Origin: a virus
Virus record (IMG/VR): IMGVR_UViG_3300005298_000040
Coordinates: 1 to 47,159 of that record
Direction: 5' to 3' (one strand)
Length of the DNA stretch: 47,159 bases
How positions within the stretch are numbered: the stretch's first letter is position 1; each line of letters begins with the position of its first letter. The translations under genes were made by a program, and so were the position numbers. Shown here piece after piece: positions 1 through 8,421 of this stretch. The notes under the pieces are model-generated. The model saw nothing but the letters and a program-made list of their open reading frames with translations. It made no database searches and was not told the origin of the DNA.

Positions 1-69
1 AAGAGCTTTTAGCTTTCCGCTATTTGCTTCATCTACGATTTTAGCTTTAATAACCTTTCTGACCAGCAT
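1..69 (-). CDS. tnpB: Probable TnpB (RNA-guided nuclease), first 23 codons only: MLVRKVIKAKIVDEANSGKLKAL
   Basis: ATG at 67-69 overlaps the tnpA stop (TGATG) and the frame is open to the window edge. Position downstream of tnpA is typical of IS605 elements. The RuvC domain is not visible. Confidence 0.65.
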   Translation of the reverse strand, partial: MLVRKVIKAKIVDEANSGKLKAL

Positions 70-461
70 CATCTCCCCTTCTGAGCTTCGATATACTTCT
101 CAATCGTTTCCTTTGAAACATTACCAATGGTTGCAACGAAGTATGAATGAGTCCACAATGATGGGAGTTTTAGCAGTTCAGGGAACTCCTGTCTTAAAAT
201 ACGGGAACTCCTGCCCTTAATCTTCTTCACAATCTTGTGAACTGGAATTGTCGGGTAGGCTGAAATGAACAGGTGCAGGTGGTCTGGTTTTACTGCAAGT
301 TCGAGAACCTTAATCCCCAGCTCTTCTGCAACCTCATAAATAATCTGTTCCAGTCTCTCCTTGATTTTCCCCACTAAAACCGGTTTTCTACGCTTAGGGC
401 ACCAGACCAAGTGATACTGAATTAGATACACCTTGTTTCTTGAATGTTGATAGCCGCTCAT
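69..461 (-). CDS. tnpA: IS200/IS605 Y1 (HUH) transposase
   Basis: YHLVWCPKRR, HUH motif DHLHLF, KIKGRSS, and LWTHSYFVATIG...IEKYIEAQ with catalytic Tyr. Confidence 0.97.
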   Translation of the reverse strand: MSGYQHSRNKVYLIQYHLVWCPKRRKPVLVGKIKERLEQIIYEVAEELGIKVLELAVKPDHLHLFISAYPTIPVHKIVKKIKGRSSRILRQEFPELLKLPSLWTHSYFVATIGNVSKETIEKYIEAQKGR

Positions 462-525
462 CTATAAACAATTAGTGTCGTTGTATTTAAACTTATCGAC
501 AGCCCGCCCACCTCCCCTAATTCAT

Positions 526-545
526 CTCACGGTTTTAACCGTGAG
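526..545 (-). repeat. IS left-end subterminal hairpin CTCACGGTT-TT-AACCGTGAG
   Basis: Perfect 9-bp inverted repeat read directly from the sequence, in a GAAAG-hairpin-ATGAATT context. Confidence 0.9.
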
Positions 546-564
546 CTTTCTTAGCGACTTTACT

Positions 565-612
565 GTAACTCTCAGCCTCATGCAATACAGTATACCAGCC
601 CCACGGCCTCAT
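565..612 (-). pseudogene. 5' fragment (MRPWGWYTVLHEAESY) of a mannose-6-phosphate-isomerase-type cupin gene interrupted by the IS
   Basis: ATG overlaps the upstream stop (ATGA). RPWG-x-Y-x-VL is the hallmark start of PMI type II C-terminal cupins. The fragment ends exactly at the TTAC target. Confidence 0.7.
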
Positions 613-824
613 GCCCTTAGTAGCTCCATTATCGGTGTGTTAAAATCGATCCTGATTTCTGCTCTGCAGTATGGACAGTATGCTCTCTCATCGAAACTCT
701 CGATGTAAGTTTTTTCAGCTTCCTCATGCACAAAGTCTTGATATACTAAATCTATTACCTCATAGACAACGTAATATTTGACCTCGATGTAGTCAAGCTC
801 TTTTCCACAAAACTCACATTTCAT
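609..824 (-). CDS. Small Zn-finger/ribbon protein
   Basis: CEFCG...CPYC. Likely start is ATG at 824 after GGAGGTGA (track starts at 833). Confidence 0.7.
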   Translation of the reverse strand: MKCEFCGKELDYIEVKYYVVYEVIDLVYQDFVHEEAEKTYIESFDERAYCPYCRAEIRIDFNTPIMELLRA

Positions 825-954
825 TATAATCACCTCCCCAGCATAGGTCTGTTATCAGATACTTCACAAAGTCAAAAATTACGCCGACCTCTGTCCCCGC
901 CTCAAACTTTACGCCTCTATGTGTCACTTTTTCAAAACATATTTTCCCCGCCAT
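814..954 (-). CDS. Hypothetical 46-aa protein MAGKICFEKVTHRGVKFEAGTEVGVIFDFVKYLITDLCWGGDYNEM (not in ORF track)
   Basis: Translated by hand. GGAGGTGG RBS upstream; first ORF after the promoter at 961-1022. Confidence 0.65.
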   Translation of the reverse strand: MAGKICFEKVTHRGVKFEAGTEVGVIFDFVKYLITDLCWGGDYNEM

Positions 955-960
955 CTTTAC

Positions 961-1022
961 CACCTCCCCTTTTTGTTTTTGTTATTGAATAGTATGCAAT
1001 AAGTCTTATATAAGCTTTTCGA
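961..1022 (-). promoter_or_regulatory. Early-type promoter copy 1 (BRE CGAAAAG, TATA TTATATAA, TTATTGCATA box, A-rich leader, RBS)
   Basis: 31 bp (973-1003) are identical to 1784-1814; canonical archaeal BRE-TATA arrangement. Confidence 0.8.
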
Positions 1023-1025
1023 ATT

Positions 1026-1370
1026 TTAGTCATCATCATTGCACCTGCAAGTCTCACTCTCACCAATCTTCATTATGTCCAGAATTGCTTCGTATCTGCT
1101 TTTCATGTCATCATAAATTCGTTTAGCCTCTTCAATTTTGCCCTCCTTTATTTTTGCCGCTATGAGCCAACAATCGTATTCAAACCGAATAAACTTAAGC
1201 GGAAATACTATTACATACGCTCCATCTCTCTCATCATATTCAAAATAGAACTCGTCAAACAGACTTTTCAAAAAATTAACTTGCTCAGCAGTATAGCCTC
1301 TAAGTTTGCCGTAATCAGCTTTTCTCATTAAATCATATATTAATCTCATATCAGGCCTGGCTCTCCTCAT
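1026..1370 (-). CDS. Hypothetical early protein
   Basis: ORF track gives 1026-1418. Start at ATG 1370 (MRRARPD), just after the upstream stop, is more likely. No family recognised. Confidence 0.7.
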   Translation of the reverse strand: MRRARPDMRLIYDLMRKADYGKLRGYTAEQVNFLKSLFDEFYFEYDERDGAYVIVFPLKFIRFEYDCWLIAAKIKEGKIEEAKRIYDDMKSRYEAILDIMKIGESETCRCNDDD

Positions 1371-1372
1371 AT

Positions 1373-1759
1373 TTATCGCCCCTTGTAAATCTCGACCTCG
1401 TGTTTTCTCGGTATGCATCTATAAAACCAGACATCAGCTCTTCCATCTTTATACAGTCTTATTGACCCATTCAAACGTTCTGTTACTGCCTCACGCTCTC
1501 CCTCATCAATGTCGGTATATTCGTACTGTTCCATTATCTCCATTATTTTCTTATTAAAGACATTTCTCGTAATTTTTCGGTCTATATGCGTCAGCAAATC
1601 AACAAGCGTTTCTAAAAGGTCGCTGTTTATTTCATCATTCTCTACTAAATATTCAATCACTTTTTCCAGTGCTTCGCTTATTTCTTTCAGTTTAAATATC
1701 CTCTCTTCCCTCTCTCTTCTTACCTTCTCAACTAATTCTTCCCAAAAAATATTTTTCAT
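1373..1759 (-). CDS. Hypothetical early protein (helical, charged)
   Basis: 128-aa ORF with GGAGGTGAGG RBS directly after promoter copy 2. Confidence 0.8.
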   Translation of the reverse strand: MKNIFWEELVEKVRREREERIFKLKEISEALEKVIEYLVENDEINSDLLETLVDLLTHIDRKITRNVFNKKIMEIMEQYEYTDIDEGEREAVTERLNGSIRLYKDGRADVWFYRCIPRKHEVEIYKGR

Positions 1760-1766
1760 CCTTCCT

Positions 1767-1836
1767 CACCTCCCTCTTTTTTGTTGTTTTTGTTATTGAA
1801 TAGTATGCAATAAGAGGTATATATAGTTTTCGAAAT
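1767..1836 (-). promoter_or_regulatory. Early-type promoter copy 2 (CGAAAACTATATATAC + TTATTGCATA box)
   Basis: Shares 31 bp with copy 1 and 20 bp (1817-1836) with 14684-14703. Confidence 0.82.
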
Positions 1837-2085
1837 TTGCCAGCTAACACATACTCCAGACTCCGTTAGTATTACTGCCCATCATCATCATACAGTTGCT
1901 CTGCTGAATATCACTAACTGCTACTACTACTCTTTACTCTTCAATCTCATCATCATCAATATTTTCCCTTTCTATCCCTACCTGTATATCACACTATATG
2001 CTGCATGTGACTGTTTATTATTTTGCCCCGGGTTTTTGTTTTCTGCCCGCTCGTTGCTTTTCTTGATTTTGTTATTTCTGCCGCA

Positions 2086-2153
2086 TGCACACAAAACTGC
2101 AATTTATGCACACAAAAAACACATTATTGCACATACCAATATAAAAATGCACA
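2086..2153. repeat. Four phased TGCACA hexamers (2086, 2107, 2128, 2148; spacing 21, 21, 20 bp)
   Basis: Read directly; lies in the longest non-coding stretch (about 1840-2154). Confidence 0.8.
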
Positions 2154-2154
2154 T

Positions 2155-2430
2155 CTACATTATAACTTCTTCCCAGCCCCTATCACTAAACAAAATTTTT
2201 CTAAAATACTTATCTGCATCGACTTCTTCAATCTTTTCCATCTTCATTTTCTCTTCCTTGCTCTTTCGCCCTCTTTTATCTTTATGTTTCTCCTCAAACT
2301 CATTAATTCCAAGCATAAAGCAATCTTCAATCACTCTGCTCTTCGGCATCTTATATTTCTCTGACAGCCTCTCAAGTTCCTTCATCGCCACAGGTGATAG
2401 CGTTATTGTCAAACTTATTCTGCTCGTCAT
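2155..2430 (-). CDS. Ribbon-helix-helix (CopG-like) DNA-binding protein
   Basis: ISLTITLS beta strand followed by helices (ELERLSEKYKMPKSRVIE). Confidence 0.7.
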   Translation of the reverse strand: MTSRISLTITLSPVAMKELERLSEKYKMPKSRVIEDCFMLGINEFEEKHKDKRGRKSKEEKMKMEKIEEVDADKYFRKILFSDRGWEEVIM

Positions 2431-3821
2431 CCTAACAGCCCTCTCGATATCAGATTTTCATACTCACTGAACCTATCAAACACGTGCACATCTTCACGTC
2501 TGAATTTGCTCAATACATAACATGCAATCGCAAGAGCATCAACTAAATCATCATGCATTCTTGCATCTTTCAGTATTCTCACTCTGCCATCTGAAGTATA
2601 TGTTATCTTAAATGACTTGAACTGATACTTCAACTTTTCATCTTTAATCAGCCTAATCTTTTTATTCTCAATCAAGCTCTTAAGCAAAAAGTAAATCTCA
2701 TTTCTTTCCCTCCCTGCCGCAGTTACTTCATACACGTTTGGCAATTTCTCCTTCAAAACATCAAATACCCCGGCTCCCATTCCAATACTATCAACTCCAA
2801 GTGCTTTAACATTCCACCTCAATGTCATTTCCCTTGCCCATCCTATTATGTCGCTCAGCGGCCTCTTGCCCCTCGTATACATTGCAACCATCTCTATCGT
2901 AGCATCATCAAAACTCACTCCCTTAGGTATTCTCACAACAACATAAGCACTTTCATCACTTCCAAACCTTGCAATATCGAGCCCTGCATAATACTCATAG
3001 CCCTCTTCAGCTTCTTTCATTCTACTCAGCACCATAACATCCTCGATATCTTTGTCATCAACAAGAACGTCCTCACTGCCCATAAACTCGGCCTCATACC
3101 AAATTCTGAACTCTTTTTCTGGTATTCTACTCCTTATGAACTCAATTTCTTCTTCCCTTATTCTGCCCTCCTTAACAGCTTCCCTCCATGTTACTTTAAC
3201 TTTCTCAAACTCCGGGTCAACCCATGCATTCTTAAAATAGTTATCTGTATGCGGTGTTCCCAGCAATATAACCACTGGCTCGTGTTTATGCTTTGATGCA
3301 ATCATTCTCAATATTCTTGTTCTAAACACCTCGTCAGGTATGCTGCCGGCCTCATCAACTATTAACACCGTTGCTCCAAATCCTAACAGCCCCTCTGGAT
3401 TACCTGCACTCAAACAAATTACTTTACTGCCATTCACAAAATTTATCTCGTCTCTTCTGAACCCCCTTTTCTTATCAATTAAGCTATACAAAATGTCATT
3501 CGACACTATATGATTTCTTATTCTGCTAAACAAAATCTGCGATTGTCTAAATGTCGGAGCTATAACTACAATCTCCTCACCATCATACATTATTGCAAGC
3601 AAAATTGCCAGTATTGCTGTTGCTTCGCTTTTTCCAGCTCTCGTGCATGCTAAAAATATGTATTTCTTTTTCTCTCTTTTCAACACCTTCTTTATGAATT
3701 CCTCCTGATAGCTTGTCAATTTTATCGGCTCTCCTGTCTGTGCTATAAACATCCTCTTTACAAACTCGCCGAGATTCTCAATTATACGTTTATTTATACT
3801 ATCACTCGCCATCGATTTCAT
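2427..3821 (-). CDS. terL: Terminase large subunit
   Basis: LTSYQ adenine motif, Walker A TRAGKS, Walker B LIVDEAG, GTP coupling motif, nuclease GLDIA and HDDLVDALA. Confidence 0.95.
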   Translation of the reverse strand: MKSMASDSINKRIIENLGEFVKRMFIAQTGEPIKLTSYQEEFIKKVLKREKKKYIFLACTRAGKSEATAILAILLAIMYDGEEIVVIAPTFRQSQILFSRIRNHIVSNDILYSLIDKKRGFRRDEINFVNGSKVICLSAGNPEGLLGFGATVLIVDEAGSIPDEVFRTRILRMIASKHKHEPVVILLGTPHTDNYFKNAWVDPEFEKVKVTWREAVKEGRIREEEIEFIRSRIPEKEFRIWYEAEFMGSEDVLVDDKDIEDVMVLSRMKEAEEGYEYYAGLDIARFGSDESAYVVVRIPKGVSFDDATIEMVAMYTRGKRPLSDIIGWAREMTLRWNVKALGVDSIGMGAGVFDVLKEKLPNVYEVTAAGRERNEIYFLLKSLIENKKIRLIKDEKLKYQFKSFKITYTSDGRVRILKDARMHDDLVDALAIACYVLSKFRREDVHVFDRFSEYENLISRGLLG

Positions 3822-4266
3822 CTAAAATCTCCCCAAGCAATATCTCTTTTCTTGCACTAATATCATACTCAAGCTTTTTCTCTTTTTCTTCTCTAATTTT
3901 CTCAAGTATTAGCAAAGCAGTTTCTATATTTTTTCTCGTCTCAGGTATTGCCATTCCTATCTGCTTCTCTAATTTCCTCAATAGCTTCAGTCTCTCTATC
4001 TGCTCCTTATATAATCTGAGCTTCTCATGATAAGTATCGACCTCTATTATTTTCTCGTCATCCTCGTCTGTCATAATTATAGTTCCGACCTCTTTTTCAA
4101 ACCAGTATTTAACTGCTTTGTCAGTAACTTCAATACCATATTTATCTTTAAGTTCTTCAGCTATTTCATTCCACATCTTTCCTTCACTCAACCTCGTCGC
4201 TATCAGCACCTTTATTTCCTCTTTCCGTTCATCTGATATTTCATCCAATTCAGTTCTCGTTGTCAT
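3802..4266 (-). CDS. Probable terminase small subunit (N-terminal HTH, coiled coil)
   Basis: Directly upstream of terL; HTH-like WNEIAEELKDKYGIEVTDKAVKYW. Likely start ATG 4266 (track 4305). Confidence 0.6.
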   Translation of the reverse strand: MTTRTELDEISDERKEEIKVLIATRLSEGKMWNEIAEELKDKYGIEVTDKAVKYWFEKEVGTIIMTDEDDEKIIEVDTYHEKLRLYKEQIERLKLLRKLEKQIGMAIPETRKNIETALLILEKIREEKEKKLEYDISARKEILLGEILDEIDGE

Positions 4267-4308
4267 TTTACAACACCTCATCACATCAGTTTGACTTTGA
4301 TACAATCC

Positions 4309-5286
4309 TCATACTCCAACCTCCTTGAATCTGTGCCTCTGCTCATAAACCTCAACCGCCAACATAAAATCTTCGCTATTGTATGTTTCAAGATATTTTT
4401 CTACAACATAATCAAGCATCTCTTTAACACCTCTAAGCTTCCTTTCTCCCAATATATTCATCCAATCGTTAGTCGCAATCCTATATGGGTCTGAGCTTTG
4501 TTTTCTCACATCTTCAGTTATAACATACATCGGCTCTCTGCCTACCTCATTGTATACCATTTTAACCAAATCCTCAAGTCTAATCCCATATCCAACACCG
4601 ATATCATACACGTGTCTATCCACTCTCTCTACTTCTTCATGTCTAAGTAAATCTATAACAACTTCAGCAAAATCCCTCGCATATAACAAATCCATTTTCT
4701 TATCAGGACTACCAAATATTCTAAATGTCCTTCCTGCAACTGCATAACTTATCAATGTTGGTATTATTTTTCTTGTTGGCAATATCCTCTGTCTCTCGCA
4801 AAATACATGATGCACATAACTGCTCACTATAAACACATTCCACTTCTTTGCATACTCCTTTGCAATTCTCAATGCCATTTCTTTTGTTACGCTATATCCA
4901 TCTGTAAATCCATACCCGGCAAACTCTATGCTTGTATGATATACCCTCGCATCTTTCATCTTAGCCAATTCATACACATTTCTTGCTCCCGTCAAATTAT
5001 ACATCACTGCAGTATCAAATAAAGAGCTCAGTTCCTCGCTTCCAAGCCAACCTCCAAAATCGTAAATTTCAACTACATCATATTCGCTTGCAATCGCATT
5101 TATCTGTCTTATATCTGCACTACTGCCATGCCTATATATCAGTTTATCCCTTTGTATATATCTCGCCCACTCCCTTAGCGGTGGCCTCGGGTCTAACACT
5201 ATAACTCTATTTTTTCTTTCTAACAGCACATCCACAACATGACTTCCTATCTGCCCACATCCTCCTACAACTAATATGTCGCCCAT
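4309..5286 (-). CDS. NAD-dependent epimerase/dehydratase (extended SDR)
   Basis: Rossmann GGCGQIGSH, catalytic YSVTK (YxxxK), DLLYARDFA, YDIGVG. Confidence 0.9.
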   Translation of the reverse strand: MGDILVVGGCGQIGSHVVDVLLERKNRVIVLDPRPPLREWARYIQRDKLIYRHGSSADIRQINAIASEYDVVEIYDFGGWLGSEELSSLFDTAVMYNLTGARNVYELAKMKDARVYHTSIEFAGYGFTDGYSVTKEMALRIAKEYAKKWNVFIVSSYVHHVFCERQRILPTRKIIPTLISYAVAGRTFRIFGSPDKKMDLLYARDFAEVVIDLLRHEEVERVDRHVYDIGVGYGIRLEDLVKMVYNEVGREPMYVITEDVRKQSSDPYRIATNDWMNILGERKLRGVKEMLDYVVEKYLETYNSEDFMLAVEVYEQRHRFKEVGV

Positions 5287-5287
5287 A

Positions 5288-6430
5288 CTACCACCACTTC
5301 TTATATATCTTCAACACAGCATCGGCCACTCTTTTCGCATCCTTTATGTCCATCCCAACATGCATAGGCAAACATACAACGTGTTTTGTAATCCAGTTTG
5401 CATTATCAATATTTCGTTCCACCTTATTTTTCAATCTCTCCCATACCTCTTCTTCATTTACTGCATATCTAACACTCGAATACCAAGCCTCTATATTATG
5501 CCCGCACATCAGCTCTTCTTCAAATATGTGTCTAAGAATTTTTCTGCTAATCACTGGACATTCATAATAATTGTAAGTCCAATTCGAATTCTCTCTGCTT
5601 GGGTCATACACATACAAATCCTCTTCATTAATCAATTTCTTATATGTATCAAACACTCTTTTTCTCTTTACAGTATCAGAATTGTAATATCTCAACTGAC
5701 TCAATGCAAAACCTGCATTAAATTCACTAAGCTTCCAGTTGTTTCCCACAACATGACACATTTTTCCAATCCTTCCTATATCAATAGCTATTCTGCACCA
5801 TTCATCAATTTCTTCGTCATCGGTCATTATTGCCCCTCCCTCTCCTGCTGCAACAATTTTAGTTGATGCAAAACTAAGTATGCCATCGCCACATAACTTC
5901 TGAGCACTTCCAAAACAATGTGCTACATCATTCAATATTCTAAACTCAATCCCCTTATCTGTCAGCTCATCTATAATCATCTTCTCATACTCTCTACTAT
6001 ACCACCCAAATAACCAAACTGGCATAACAACTGTCTTCTTAACTTCATTTTCTTTTATTGCTTTAATCAAATCGTCTACATCCATAATTATCAAATCCTT
6101 CCTGATATCTACTGGAATTATTCTCATTCCAAGTCTCTCTGGTATTATCCAATCGCTTATGAATCCAACTCCTTGAACACATACAGTATCAAACCCCAAA
6201 ATATCTCTATAATACTGCAATAAACATTCTATTGCACTTGTTCCACTACTCGTGGCTATACAGTATTTCTTCTCATGTATTGTTTTCACTACATCTTCTA
6301 ATTTTCTGCATAACTTCCCATTACTTATTACTCCCTCTTCAAATATTTCATCCAAATACTCATTGAATACTATTCTCATATCGTTATGCATGCTCACACG
6401 CCAAGCTTTTATTACCTTCACATACACCAC
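5288..6430 (-). CDS. DegT/DnrJ/EryC1/StrS PLP-dependent sugar aminotransferase
   Basis: ATSSGTSA, NDVAH, SFASTKIVAAGEGGAIMTDD (PLP lysine), GNNWKLSEFNA, CLPMH. Confidence 0.92.
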   Translation of the reverse strand: MVYVKVIKAWRVSMHNDMRIVFNEYLDEIFEEGVISNGKLCRKLEDVVKTIHEKKYCIATSSGTSAIECLLQYYRDILGFDTVCVQGVGFISDWIIPERLGMRIIPVDIRKDLIIMDVDDLIKAIKENEVKKTVVMPVWLFGWYSREYEKMIIDELTDKGIEFRILNDVAHCFGSAQKLCGDGILSFASTKIVAAGEGGAIMTDDEEIDEWCRIAIDIGRIGKMCHVVGNNWKLSEFNAGFALSQLRYYNSDTVKRKRVFDTYKKLINEEDLYVYDPSRENSNWTYNYYECPVISRKILRHIFEEELMCGHNIEAWYSSVRYAVNEEEVWERLKNKVERNIDNANWITKHVVCLPMHVGMDIKDAKRVADAVLKIYKKWW

Positions 6431-7100
6431 CTCCTCTTGCCTTCTTTATTTTATATACAATCTCATAACAATATTCGGTTAACCTGTCATCGAAAATTCT
6501 ATTTACTATATCGCATACAAAATTTGGAATTATTACATACCTCCAATCATTTCTCAAACTTACTGGCATAAGAACTCCCACGCCAAACTTATCAACAATT
6601 TTATATCCAATTCTCATTATGTCCTCTTCAAAATCCTTGCCTGCATCATACCTTTTTCTTATTCCCAAAGCCTTTGCAAACTTAACGCTTACATTTCTCG
6701 AATTCGTTATGCAAACATACGCTATCCCATCATCCTTTAACCAATCGTATATTTTTTTCAGCATCTCAATTCTTTTTTCCCTATCAAACAAACACATAAA
6801 AAACATACACACAATGACATCAAATTTTCTATCGATATCAACCTTAAACGCATCATCGCAAATCACTACATCTGCAATTTTTCTGAGTTCACTGCAAAGT
6901 TCTGAATCTATCTCAATTGCATATATTTCATCGAATTTTTCTCTTACTGCTTTCAGAATTTCTCCTTCTCCTGCCCCAATATCCAAAATCGAGCCTCCAT
7001 ACTCGCTTCTTATAATATCCTCAATAACTTTGTGATGAAGTCTTTCAAAATATTTCCTCCTGTATTTATCGCTCCACCTCACTTTCATCACCTCCATCAA
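6384..7100 (-). CDS. Class I SAM-dependent methyltransferase
   Basis: Motif I ILDIGAGEG, AIEID, KFDVIVC, LKDDGIAYV. Confidence 0.9.
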   Translation of the reverse strand: MMEVMKVRWSDKYRRKYFERLHHKVIEDIIRSEYGGSILDIGAGEGEILKAVREKFDEIYAIEIDSELCSELRKIADVVICDDAFKVDIDRKFDVIVCMFFMCLFDREKRIEMLKKIYDWLKDDGIAYVCITNSRNVSVKFAKALGIRKRYDAGKDFEEDIMRIGYKIVDKFGVGVLMPVSLRNDWRYVIIPNFVCDIVNRIFDDRLTEYCYEIVYKIKKARGGGVCEGNKSLACEHA

Positions 7101-7743
7101 ATCTCATTATATCATCATATCTGTATTGCACAACTTCTATAAAATGTTTTGCTAACCTCTCCCCTATAACGTGCTTCAACTCTTCATATTCTGCATTCAC
7201 AACTCCTTTCACACTACCAAACACCTTAAGCATGTCTTTGCCAGTTTTTCTTCCTATTCCATTAACTGCACAAATCATATCTTCAGCTTCTTCTCTAATG
7301 TCTCTATTACTTTTCTTACAAATGTGCGGTCTACTCCATTCTTTTTGTTCACCTACTTTCTTATCTATTGTCTTAATCAGAGCCTCAAAAGCATCCTCAC
7401 TCGGCAGGTATATTACTCCTACACCTTTTCTGAGTATTGCAAGCTGAGTTCCAATCCACCAACTCAATGACATTTTCAAAAATCTTGCTCTCATTCTTTT
7501 GTAAATATTCCCATGTATTACAAGCACTGGCTCATATCCATAGTTTTCCTCAAGCTCGATTAGTCTGTCTAATTGTTTCCATAATCTACCACTTCTTACT
7601 GAAGCAATTAAATCTTCAAGCGTTTTTCTCTCAATTGCATACTTTCCATATTCACCTTCCACTATATAATCTACCTGTATATCTTCAACTCTGTCTCCAA
7701 TCTTTCTAAATTTTTCGGGCTCTCTCGAATCTACTATAATCAT
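7066..7743 (-). CDS. ERCC4/XPF-family structure-specific nuclease with C-terminal HhH
   Basis: IVDSREP, DYIV, IERKTLEDLIAS, HhH VNGIGRKTG...FGSVKGVVNA. Confidence 0.92.
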   Translation of the reverse strand: MIIVDSREPEKFRKIGDRVEDIQVDYIVEGEYGKYAIERKTLEDLIASVRSGRLWKQLDRLIELEENYGYEPVLVIHGNIYKRMRARFLKMSLSWWIGTQLAILRKGVGVIYLPSEDAFEALIKTIDKKVGEQKEWSRPHICKKSNRDIREEAEDMICAVNGIGRKTGKDMLKVFGSVKGVVNAEYEELKHVIGERLAKHFIEVVQYRYDDIMRFDGGDESEVER

Positions 7744-7749
7744 GTCACC

Positions 7750-8421
7750 TCACCGTCCGCTATATCCATCAATTATGCACCTCTCGAAATGTCCGCAATA
7801 ATCGCATAACCAACTAACCTTTGCCTCTGGCACTTTATTGTTCTTTATTGCATCCTCAAGCTTTTCTTTCTTCTCAATCATCTCTTTCAAAATCTGCTCT
7901 TTATCACCAGATAACGTAAACACATGCACTACACTTTTCTTATTCGCCACGTCAATATATAAAACTGCCCCATACCTCACATCAATTCCATAAATAGCAT
8001 AATACATTGCAGCATAATACTCTATCTGCCTTATATGATGCTCGTAAGGTGAGCTCGGTATTTTTCTCGTTGTTTTCTTATCCAAAATTATTAGCTCATC
8101 GCCTATATGCAAAATTTCGTCAATCGACCCTTTGATTCCTTCAAACTCTATCTCAAACTCATGTTTATCGCTTAGCTTTATCTCATGCAATTTCTTTCCT
8201 ATCCAAAGTGTAAGCATTGATTGCTCATCAAACCCTGAAATGTCTTCATCCGATGTAAACCCATATTTTTTGCTGTAATATGCTCTTCTAATGCAGTTAT
8301 ATACCAAATCTGTTACATGAATTTCATTCCTCCTATCATCCTTCAGCTCTTCAAGCACTTTCCTCAAAAAACTAAATTTAATTTCGTTCTCCAAATCCTT
8401 CATTCTCTCAGCCTCACCCAT
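7750..8421 (-). CDS. cas4: Cas4-like PD-(D/E)XK exonuclease with 4-Cys Fe-S site
   Basis: VTDLVYNCIRRAYY, GKKLH, GSIDE, LDKKT, QIEYY, CDYCGHFERC. Confidence 0.88.
   Translation of the reverse strand: MGEAERMKDLENEIKFSFLRKVLEELKDDRRNEIHVTDLVYNCIRRAYYSKKYGFTSDEDISGFDEQSMLTLWIGKKLHEIKLSDKHEFEIEFEGIKGSIDEILHIGDELIILDKKTTRKIPSSPYEHHIRQIEYYAAMYYAIYGIDVRYGAVLYIDVANKKSVVHVFTLSGDKEQILKEMIEKKEKLEDAIKNNKVPEAKVSWLCDYCGHFERCIIDGYSGR

Larger units (their letters stand above)
1..564 (-). mobile_element. IS200/IS605-family insertion sequence (tnpA + tnpB); left end at 564, remainder beyond the window edge
   Basis: Y1 transposase gene; subterminal hairpin at 526-545; AAAG guide directly 5' of the hairpin; TTAC target at 565-568 exactly 19 nt from the hairpin foot, matching IS608 geometry. 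Confidence 0.92.

Noticed and set aside
1837-2154. Possible mini-CRISPR array near the Cas4-bearing virus's non-coding region
   Set aside because: No 24-40 bp repeats with unique spacers; only hexamers and short CAT/CTA triplet runs.
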